This document shows positions 1-10,139 of a stretch of 36,640 bases of DNA, piece after piece. The stretch comes from Welwitschia mirabilis (taxonomy: Eukaryota). The notes beneath the pieces are model-generated. The model worked only from the letters and a program-made list of their open reading frames with translations. It was not told the DNA's origin and searched no databases. The DNA lies in the NCBI GenBank assembly GCA_051453625.1, contig JBOZIK010000001.1, forward strand, positions 49,350,852-49,387,491. Direction: 5' to 3'. Both the position numbers and the translations under genes were made by a program. Each line of letters begins with the position of its first letter. Position 1 is the first letter of the stretch.

Positions 1-444
1 GATTAGTTTTATACTTGGCCATTTATAGGTGGTAATGTTTGATTCACCCAATGTTGAGACATTCCCATGTCTATAGATTTTACTTAAAGGAATATGCCTT
101 AGTTTCTTATGTTTTTCAATGATGTTTAAATCTTAGGTTGTTTGGGAGTGTTATTTTCTGTCTTTTATCTTATTTATTCACCTTTGTCTTTCTTGCGTGT
201 GTGATCATGTAGGAATTTTATTTGAAAAAAACAAAAAAAAGAAAGAAAAAAAGAAAGAAAAAAAGAGTAAAAAACATGATATCACCGTAAGTACACTGGA
301 GCAAATATTTTTGAGAGGAGCCTTTGGCAGTGTAATATGGTAGCTATGGAAACTCCACTAGGGAGTTAGTTAGCCATGATTCATGGGTCTTTACTCCTTT
401 AATAGTGGTTGCACTCCCCTCATCATGGAAAAAGAAATAAAACC

Positions 445-1195
445 NNNNNNNNNNNNNNNNNNNNNNNNNNNNNNNNNNNNNNNNNNNNNNNNNNNNNNNN
501 NNNNNNNNNNNNNNNNNNNNNNNNNNNNNNNNNNNNNNNNNNNNNNNNNNNNNNNNNNNNNNNNNNNNNNNNNNNNNNNNNNNNNNNNNNNNNNNNNNNN
601 NNNNNNNNNNNNNNNNNNNNNNNNNNNNNNNNNNNNNNNNNNNNNNNNNNNNNNNNNNNNNNNNNNNNNNNNNNNNNNNNNNNNNNNNNNNNNNNNNNNN
701 NNNNNNNNNNNNNNNNNNNNNNNNNNNNNNNNNNNNNNNNNNNNNNNNNNNNNNNNNNNNNNNNNNNNNNNNNNNNNNNNNNNNNNNNNNNNNNNNNNNN
801 NNNNNNNNNNNNNNNNNNNNNNNNNNNNNNNNNNNNNNNNNNNNNNNNNNNNNNNNNNNNNNNNNNNNNNNNNNNNNNNNNNNNNNNNNNNNNNNNNNNN
901 NNNNNNNNNNNNNNNNNNNNNNNNNNNNNNNNNNNNNNNNNNNNNNNNNNNNNNNNNNNNNNNNNNNNNNNNNNNNNNNNNNNNNNNNNNNNNNNNNNNN
1001 NNNNNNNNNNNNNNNNNNNNNNNNNNNNNNNNNNNNNNNNNNNNNNNNNNNNNNNNNNNNNNNNNNNNNNNNNNNNNNNNNNNNNNNNNNNNNNNNNNNN
1101 NNNNNNNNNNNNNNNNNNNNNNNNNNNNNNNNNNNNNNNNNNNNNNNNNNNNNNNNNNNNNNNNNNNNNNNNNNNNNNNNNNNNNNNNNNNNNNN
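445..1195. other. Assembly gap (others: 2887-3566, 11841-11850, 14373-14472, 14802-14901, 18427-18563, 18955-18964, 19379-19478)
   Basis: Runs of N. Confidence 0.99.
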
Positions 1196-2082
1196 AATGC
1201 ATATTTACTTAAATGATGTTATGATGTTTTTCTTTGGAGTTTTTTATGTTAGTACTTAGAATAGGTAAACGATCTTCTCCTTATTTCTTATGTCCATTTT
1301 TACTCTGATTTTCTTCTATTTTCAAGTCTCTTGTTTCAAAGTCATTTTCGCATTTTCATAGGACTCTAATCATTTTGTAGTTTTCTTACTATTTACTCAT
1401 GAATTCCCTTATCAGTTATTAAGTTCTTAACTCTATCATACTTTTATTTTTTCTATTCAGGCATATTCATTCAGTCTTTCTTACAGGTTTTCAAGCTCAA
1501 TGCACTCTTTTCTTCAGCTATAGTTTTTTATTTTTTGTATGCTTTTACAATTCTACATTTTTCCTTTTCAAATTGTTACTTATTTTCTCATGATTAGGCA
1601 ATTTGGGGCATATTGCATGTTTTAAGCGGGGGGTAAAATAGACATATTTTTAGTATTCTTGCATATTTTTGAAAATTTATGAGAATCATTATTGCAGATC
1701 CTCCTTCTGAGCCTGTTGTTAAAATAGGATTCATCAATTTTTACATGATTATCTTTATATCTGACTGTTTATCACAGTGGGGGATTGTTTATTACGATCA
1801 CTTCATTAACGAAAAAATCTGATTTCTGTCATAGGTTCCAGTTTTGAAAATCTTTTGAGGAGTCTTCATCCCTATTATCATCTAGAAAACCGTACCAAAC
1901 AATCACCTTTTAATGCTTTATAGGTATTTCTGATTAGTTTTTTTGAATTTTCCATAAATTTAGTTTATCTTTGGAATATGTTGTAAATATTTTTCAAATA
2001 AATTTTTTAGATGTCCTAGTTTTCATTGTCTAAAAGTTAGCTCACAAATGTGGTTTACCACTTGGTTTTGTTAAGGACTGAC

Positions 2083-2101
2083 AAGGCTAAGTAGGGGGCT
2101 A
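2083..2101 (+). other. Polypurine tract of element A
   Basis: aaggctaagtagggggcta immediately precedes TGTTACACC. It matches B's PPT (aaggctaagtggagggtaa on the - strand). Confidence 0.75.
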
Positions 2102-3873
2102 TGTTACACCGTTAACTTATGTATATTTGATAGGGTATTCTGAGTTGTTTTGCAAGTAAATTAGCAGATAAATGCTCAGTTCTCATGATAATAGAGAACT
2201 GGTATAAAAAGGATGAAAACATGCAATTTCCATATAAATTACAAGCATTTTATGTAGATATGGATAAATGATATTTTTAATGATAATTCCTGTAAACAAC
2301 AAGTGGTTGGACTAACTAAAGATTAATAAAAGATCATCATCCATCTCATCATCTGGACGTCAATTGTAGATGACATCTCCAACTAGTCGATAACATTTGA
2401 CATGTAGTTCATAGGTATTTAAACTAGGAGCAAACAAAGATCTAATTATTAGTCAGCATCGTCTCTTGTATCATCTAGACGATAAGAAGGACAACACTAT
2501 TTTTTAACACTTGTACTGAGAATTTACCTAAGTTGTCGCCACTTTATTATGATTTTTTTTTTCATGTTAGTTAGGTTTTTTCCTTTTTTTTTTGTCAGTT
2601 TTCCTTCCTTTTCTGTCTATAAATAAGGGTCTCCCCCTCGATTCCTAATCATCTTCGACAATCCCTGACATGCTCATGATAGGAGATCTTAGGATCAGAG
2701 AACCATTCTCTAATTGCAGAGAGACGTTTCCTTGGTATTGGGTGGCATTTCTTACATCTTCTCCCTTATAGTTTATGTCATTTGAGATTCAATGATAAGC
2801 ATATTTTTTTATATAGATTATGAGGGTAGCCTTTGTCAAGGTTAAGCTTAGTTAGTTTAGGTGCATCATTATTTATTTTTCTATATNNNNNNNNNNNNNN
2901 NNNNNNNNNNNNNNNNNNNNNNNNNNNNNNNNNNNNNNNNNNNNNNNNNNNNNNNNNNNNNNNNNNNNNNNNNNNNNNNNNNNNNNNNNNNNNNNNNNNN
3001 NNNNNNNNNNNNNNNNNNNNNNNNNNNNNNNNNNNNNNNNNNNNNNNNNNNNNNNNNNNNNNNNNNNNNNNNNNNNNNNNNNNNNNNNNNNNNNNNNNNN
3101 NNNNNNNNNNNNNNNNNNNNNNNNNNNNNNNNNNNNNNNNNNNNNNNNNNNNNNNNNNNNNNNNNNNNNNNNNNNNNNNNNNNNNNNNNNNNNNNNNNNN
3201 NNNNNNNNNNNNNNNNNNNNNNNNNNNNNNNNNNNNNNNNNNNNNNNNNNNNNNNNNNNNNNNNNNNNNNNNNNNNNNNNNNNNNNNNNNNNNNNNNNNN
3301 NNNNNNNNNNNNNNNNNNNNNNNNNNNNNNNNNNNNNNNNNNNNNNNNNNNNNNNNNNNNNNNNNNNNNNNNNNNNNNNNNNNNNNNNNNNNNNNNNNNN
3401 NNNNNNNNNNNNNNNNNNNNNNNNNNNNNNNNNNNNNNNNNNNNNNNNNNNNNNNNNNNNNNNNNNNNNNNNNNNNNNNNNNNNNNNNNNNNNNNNNNNN
3501 NNNNNNNNNNNNNNNNNNNNNNNNNNNNNNNNNNNNNNNNNNNNNNNNNNNNNNNNNNNNNNNNNNATTATGAGGGTAGCCTTTGTCAAGGTTAAGCTTA
3601 GTTAGTTTAGGTGCATCGTTATTTCCTTTCCTAGATTAGTTTTGTATAAGAATGTTTTATTTCAATTTCATGCATTGCAATTTATTTTAGTAGGTTAGGA
3701 TTACATAATTTTCTTTTGAAAGTAATTCTTTTATTTCCATACTTTGGCCTTTGATGGAATTACTACATTTGGATGACTCCTGTCTATACTAGTGTGTTGT
3801 GTTTGTGCATATTAATTGTGATTAATAGGATTTAGCTTAGGATGTAAACATTGCATAAATATGCACCACAATA
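2102..3873 (+). repeat. 3' LTR of element A (contains N gap 2887-3566)
   Basis: Start tgttacaccg...ttgatagggtatt resembles B's LTR start tgttgcactg...ttgatagggtatt. End cataaatatgcaccacaata resembles B's end cataaatatgcactgcaaca, with terminal CA decayed to TA. Confidence 0.8.
2618..2625 (+). promoter_or_regulatory. Candidate LTR TATA box
   Basis: cTATAAATAagg in mid-LTR. A similar TATAAATA lies mid-LTR in D (22827-22834, - strand). Confidence 0.4.
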
Positions 3874-4900
3874 ATTATCTTTTTGGTTTTCATACTAATT
3901 TTTATATTGATCATGATTCCATTAAATATCTAATGATCAAAAAAAATTATATTACAAGACTTCTTAAATAGGCATTATTAGTACAAGAATTCAACTTAAC
4001 CATTATTAATAAAGAAGGAAAACATAATTGTATTACTGATCATTTATCTAGAATCCTTATGAATAACATCCCCTACATTTTCCTCTATACCTTCCTATCT
4101 AAGACACTTTTCTGGATGAGTAACTTTTATCCATTATACATTTTTATTTAATCTCTTCTAAACACCCTACTCTATAGTCTACTGATATTGTTAATTATCT
4201 TATTACTATAAAAACTTTTCAATGTTGGACTCATAGCTAAAGAAAATCTTTTTTCATAGAATAGAAGATCATGATTGGTATAAATCATACCTATAATTAA
4301 AATATAAAGATTAAATCATGTGTAAGTATGTGTCAAAATGGGAACAATATGATATCCTTACCCTTTATTATGTAATATGTGTAAAGGTTATTTTAGTAGT
4401 TAAAAGACTTCTATAAAAATCCTTCATGCTAGATTCTATTGATGTACCCCATTTAAAGATTCATTTAACTTTACTAAAAGATGTAATACTTGGTAATGCT
4501 TTGATATCCTTCTGAGATCTTAAGGCATGCCCCTCTAACCTATCTTATAATGTGAACCTTTTGATTATTGGGGTGTAGACTCTATAAGACCTCTTACATC
4601 ATCTGCTTATAATAAGAATTATGCTTAAATGGCTATGAATTATGTAACCAACTGATTAGAATATATTCTTATGATTATAAATGATGCTAAAACCATATGT
4701 TATTTTCTTGGATCTAACATTTTCCATAGGTTTGGGTTTTCTAGCATCTTAATTAGTGACAAGGTTATTAATTTTATAAATAAGGTCCTTAGAAAACTTC
4801 TTCTTTTCATTAGAATGAAATATAGAATAGTTAACGCTTATCATCTTTAAACTAATGGCTAATCTGAGAATGCTACTAAAGAATAAAATAAAATTCTTCA
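3874..4900 (+). pseudogene. Element C pol fragment: RNase H C-terminus and integrase core
   Basis: Reads YIDHDSIKYLM...RLLK*ALLVQEFNLTI, then ...FHRFGF...AYHL*TNG*SENA. Many stops and frameshifts. Confidence 0.85.
4896..4900. repeat. Target-site duplication CTTCA of element B (second copy at 18398-18402)
   Basis: cttca|TGTTGCAG at 4896-4901 and TGCAACA|cttca at 18391-18402. Confidence 0.9.
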
Positions 4901-4953
4901 TGTTGCAGTGCATATTTATGGAAACGTTACGTCCTTAAATAAATTCTATAAAT

Positions 4954-4991
<38 letters not shown>

Positions 4992-6158
4992 TTTTACATA
5001 ACACAACATACTAATATAGATGGAAGTGACTCAAATGTCATAATCTCATTGAAGGCACAAGCGAGAAAAAAGAGAATTGATTTCAAAACTAAAACAGTAT
5101 ATAATCTTAAAGTAGAATAAGTTAACAATGCAAATAAACATACTATATAAATGAAATGCAAGTCCTATTCTAAATGCAACTTCTATCCGTTTACCAAATC
5201 AACCTATCATGGAGATCGATCTTGCATAACTTAGATCAATTAAGAAAAGCTATCATTAGACCAAAACCAACCTAGGCTGTCATGTACATCAAATAGAATA
5301 TAAAAATAATGTAAAGTTAATCTAAAAAATCAAATGTAATGCACCTAAACTAAAAATGTCAATCTTAATAAAGGTTACCTTTATGATATATATTACTAAA
5401 GAAGTTATCATAGAATCAAAAGTAACATAAACCATAAGGGATATGCACATAATAAAAAGATATGAAAAGAAAAACATATTTTTAATTAAAAGTGAACCAA
5501 CATCCATGCTACATAGTAGTAGTACCTCAATGAAGGATACACAACTAAACACTAAGGAAGACATTTCTTTGTAATAACAATGAAGGGATCTCTTGTTCTT
5601 CAATATCCCATCATGATAGTTTTCAATGCTAAAGAAGATAAAAATGGAGTCAAGTGCAGAGAAAGTATTTATTACAAAACAAACTCCAAAATTAGAAAAT
5701 ACAAATAGATGCACTAATAATCCTAGTGACTCTACAAAAAGATGCAAGCTACATGGCTAGAGTTTGGTGAATTTTAATGAAGTATTTATTTTAGGTATCA
5801 TTCTACTAATCATCTGGACATTACAAGAGACAATTTCACATCATATGAGTTGCATATAAACTGCTAGATTGATCTAGTAAGTGTCCTACTTAGCTTAAGT
5901 ATTTTTATTGTCTGTATGGTTATCTAGACAATTAGGTAGAAAATGGAATTTTATAATGTTTTTCTTGTATTTCATTAGCTTTTTTGATTATAGTACTATT
6001 GCTTTAGATAGGAACTATTATAAATTGCTTCAAATGTCGTCAAATGTAATGAATATTGCATATTTTTGTAACATTTGCATTAGCTCTCTATTATTATTGA
6101 ATCTCAATGCAAGCCTATCTAATACCCTATCAAATACATATAATTTGGCAATGCAACT
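4901..6158 (-). repeat. 3' LTR of element B (~1.26 kb)
   Basis: Colinear direct repeat of 17148-18397. The first 60 nt differ at 13 positions, 8 of them transitions. Confidence 0.92.
4957..4989. repeat. (AT)16 microsatellite inside B's 3' LTR
   Basis: Pure AT run. The sister LTR has only (AT)4 at 17206-17214. Confidence 0.95.
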
Positions 6159-6180
6159 TTACCCTCCACTTAGCCTTATC
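6159..6180 (-). other. Polypurine tract of element B
   Basis: - strand gataaggctaagtggagggtaa adjoins the 3' LTR start. Confidence 0.8.
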
Positions 6181-6699
6181 GGTTCCTGATAAAACGAAGT
6201 GAACAATCATAACTATGAGCCAAATTTACTAACAATACATTAACTAGAGAATTGTAAACTATACTCAAAGAAAAATTAAATAATCTCAGAATGCAAGATA
6301 GAAAGGTCAAAAAAAAAAAAAAAATTGAATGTTTTACCTAGTAATGCAACTAATCTTACTATCATCTTGATGGGCATCCATACAATGGACGAGATGATAG
6401 GCTGAAAAATTATTCTTAAAAATCAAAATCTTATGAAAAATATTCCGGAAAGATAACATTAAATGCACTAGTAATTAATAGTCCCCACTCAAATGTATAA
6501 CAAATAAAAGATAATCGTGTATGCATAAACAATCCTCATCATAAAGTGTCAAAAATGATATGTAAACAAAAATATACACCATGATGATACTTAAAAAATA
6601 ATGTCTATATATATATCATAATATTTATATAATCCATAAAGGGAAAGCTAAAAAATACAACATAAAGAGATCACTTCCCTCATCTAGTCATAATGAATT

Positions 6700-7930
6700 C
6701 TTGATAAGTGGTACGCTTAAGTACAGAAGAAGAAGAGGGAGGATGCTCAGGATCTATAGGAAAATGGTGATTAAGTGATGTCATAATCATAAGTGTCATC
6801 TTATTTTCCTATACCCTAATAGTCTTTATAAGGTCTATCATCACACCATGCTCTATCTGTAAAATGCACTGTCTCATATCTACTAGCTATGCCTTAGTGT
6901 GTTATACTCTCCTCTCAATTGTTTGAATCCTATGCTCTAATTTAGCAATAATTTATTATATAATCCCTTTGATGGTCTTGGTAGTCTCTATTAGGAGGGC
7001 ATAAATTCACTTTATAGAAGCACTAGCTATAGGTCTCTAAACCTAAGGTCTCTCTGCTTCTCCTAGTATCTATATGTCCATGTCCTATAAGTAAGGAGCT
7101 AAAGTCTGTATATGCATAAATCTTCACTCATCTACAAGCTCTAGTATGCTAAAGCATCTAAACATTGCTAAGAAAAGGCACAAATATTCCAAAGTCTAAA
7201 GATAACATGCCTCTATCATCATCCTGAGTCTCCCCTAGATAAATGTAAGTAGGTCCATTACTCACAACTGCCTAAATACTACCAATATCTGTAGATGTAC
7301 CATCATTACATAACTTTTATAAAAGGATGGACTGGTATTATGGATCATCCCTCTATTTAAAATCTAACAGGTAGGTATTAACTTTGTAACTAAAATGCCT
7401 TGCATATCCAAAGTCAAATCTGCTGGTATATCAAGTGTTGTATCATAAGCACACCGCTCCTCTATGCCACTAGCTGAATGTATATGTGTACTCCTGATAC
7501 CATCAAGATCTATTACTATGATGATCTAGTTTAAGAGAATAGTGATCTTATGGCCTCAAATCATAGCTACTATCATATTCACAAGCTAGTCATGGCATCA
7601 GGATGACACTCTATATGCATCATGTCATAAAATTCCCTAGTCTTAGATATGTAATACTCCACTTATGCATCTAATATCCACGATAGATATAAGTTAGTCA
7701 ATCTCTAATTTACCTTTGGCTTTATGGGGCTTATAAAATCTCTAGAGTACCTCTCAACAAAAAATGTCCTGGTCTAGATGATAAGCAATCTAGCATATTA
7801 AGGTGGAGGATAGACTGGCTCTACACACTCGACCTCTAGTGATGCTAATGAATCCACCTCTTGCTCAACAGCCTTAGCCTCTACCTCAGCCTATCTAGCT
7901 TTACATGTGCATGGCCTATTCAGTCATAAA
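6700..7930 (-). pseudogene. Extra 3' ORF (Athila env-like / Transposase_32-like), decayed
   Basis: GC-richer block between pol and PPT. The - strand reads VEYYISKTREFYDMMH (~7620-7665) and MI*GHKITI (~7540-7565), resembling the VREFY...VRG signature of Athila extra ORFs. Boundaries approximate. Confidence 0.55.
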
Positions 7931-10139
7931 TATAAAAACTATCACATGAAGTCAAGTGTAAATCTCTAAGATGTGTCACGTAGAAGCTCGAAATGTCCCA
8001 ATAAATGTTAAAAAATTATAAAATATGTTTTACCTTTCTTAAAAGTGTTAATACATTCCATCTTATCTATTCATGTAAAGAAAAATGTAAAACACACAAA
8101 AAAGTTAAAATGTATAAATCAAGTGGGCCTCACGTAAAGTGAAAATAACAGTGCTCAAATGAAAAATCTAATTTGCTAGAAATGTAGAGTATGTTGTACT
8201 AATCAATTTTCCCTAAAGGAACACTATGTTTCAACTTCCAATTTATGAGAAAAGGAGGTTTAAAGTTTAAAACTTAATTTTACCTTGATAAGCATACAAT
8301 TTATCATAACTTTTAAAATACACAGTGAAAATGAGATCTGTAAGTTCCAAATTGAAAAGCGTAAAAAATGGACAAAATATGTGGAAACTACACATTGAAA
8401 GGCTTAAAAATAAAAGAAAAAAAAATAATGGAGAAAAAAGCATACCTCATTTTACAAAATCTAGTAAAATCTAATAATCTAAAGTGCAAGTCTAACTAGG
8501 ACAAGTTCTAAAATGTTGGTAGGGACTAAGGCCACTATGATCTCTTGAGAGAATGGGTGAAAATAATAGAAACTAAAAGAAAAATTAAAAAAGAAAAAAG
8601 TTAATCCATGGTATTATCACACTATCATCCAGTCGCATCATCAAGATGACAACCCTAGGATGACTGTTACAAAAAATTCCAATGTCATCCTCCAATATCA
8701 TCTAGATGACCAGATGGATGATAGGACTTTGAATCATTTAAAAAATTTGAAATGTCAGTCAAATAAGTTAGGCTCATATATCATCATTAAGGTATCAAAA
8801 TGTATCAGAAATCTTGAAAAATTGGGAATGGTAAAGAGTTATAATAAATGAAGATGAGGAAAAAAAAAAAGGAAAAAGAATTAAAAGATAGGGTGATAAA
8901 AAAATGCACTAAGTAGGATGAAATCTATTAAAGAAAACTAAACAAATGTGCCCAAATTGAAGAATAATCCTAAAAACACATATAACTCTAAAAGACTCAT
9001 AAAAAACTCATAAATATCATGAATAATAAGATATGATTGTCTAATTAAAATGTTAAAATAAAATCAACTTGTCATTAAAAGAAATAATAAGAATAATAAT
9101 AAGGAAACTATTAAATGATAAGATCCTAGATGAGGATGAAAAAATAAGGAAATATCTCTGAAATAATAAACTAAAGAATCAAAGAAAAGCAGAACAAAAA
9201 TGGATACAAGAAACATAAGGAAGATAGCTTACCTACCCTAAATTCTAACCTAGCAAACCCCCTTAGAAGACATCATAAAGTTACCTACGTAAAAATCCAT
9301 GATAAAATGTATCGGCTCCATAAAGTTTCATTTGATTAGGTAATGATTATGATAAAACCAAAGGTTAAATTCTTATAATAATAAATGATAAGATCAAAAT
9401 TTGCTCAGAAATGGACTCTAATACTCACACCCCATAACACACCCAAATCCTGAAAAGGGAAATGATCATATATGAGAATACTAAAAGTTTAGAAAATAAG
9501 TAATTATTCTAATTATAGTAGGAACACAAATGATCTTATAGCCTTAAAGTTTTATTACTATTTTCCATAATGAGGGGAGTGTATCCATAGTTAGAAAAAT
9601 AAGATCCCACAAAGCATGACCAACTAGTTCCCCAATAGAGTTTCCATAGCTACCAACACTGACAAAGATTCATTTTAAAAACATTTATCCTAGTGCAATA
9701 AGAAATCATGGAAACCATGTATTTTAGCACACATACAATATATTATGGTTATTATATCATGTACTCAAAAAGATAAAAGTGAATAAGTGAGATAAAAGAT
9801 ACAAAAGAACACACCTAAGCAATCAAAGACCTTACAATATTGAAAAAAGGAACAAGAACCAAGGCATCTTTCTTCAAAGTGAAGTTAATAGACATGTAAA
9901 TGTTTTAAGATTAGGTGAATCCAAACTTATCATTGTAAAAATGCCTAAGTACAAATACTAGTCATGGAAACTTTATAAAACAAACACATAAGTCAAGATT
10001 AAAAGCTAATTAAGTGATATCATAACATCTACTAATGGAATAAGCTAAGAGATAATTTAGACAATGATAAGGTAGAAGTCCTCCTCATTGAGGGAAATCT
10101 CTAAAACAATTGCTCTATCATATTCAAGATTACATCAAA

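Larger units (their letters stand above)
1..3873 (+). mobile_element. Element A: 3' part of an Athila-like Ty3/gypsy LTR retrotransposon (post-pol region, PPT, 3' LTR); 5' part lies upstream of the window
   Basis: 1-445 and ~1200-1330 align by eye with the reverse complement of element B's post-integrase region (~9540-9965, ~9180-9290). PPT and LTR start resemble B's. The LTR ends directly against RNase H coding sequence of element C. Confidence 0.85.

Noticed and set aside
340..385. Hammerhead ribozyme (GAAAC...GUU stem in the conserved block)
   Set aside because: No CUGANGA core or stem II in a suitable position in any of the four copies.
383..3595. Long ORFs of 238-277 aa in the track
   Set aside because: They are open only because they cross N gaps.
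2817..3630. Near-identical ~50-bp repeat flanking gap 2887-3566
   Set aside because: Cannot be distinguished from a contig-overlap or haplotype artefact at a gap.
5322..6189. Hydrophobic 141-aa and 93-aa ORFs (also 17782-18094)
   Set aside because: They lie within B's LTRs and are not kept at full length in the sister LTR. Hydrophobicity follows from T-rich sequence.
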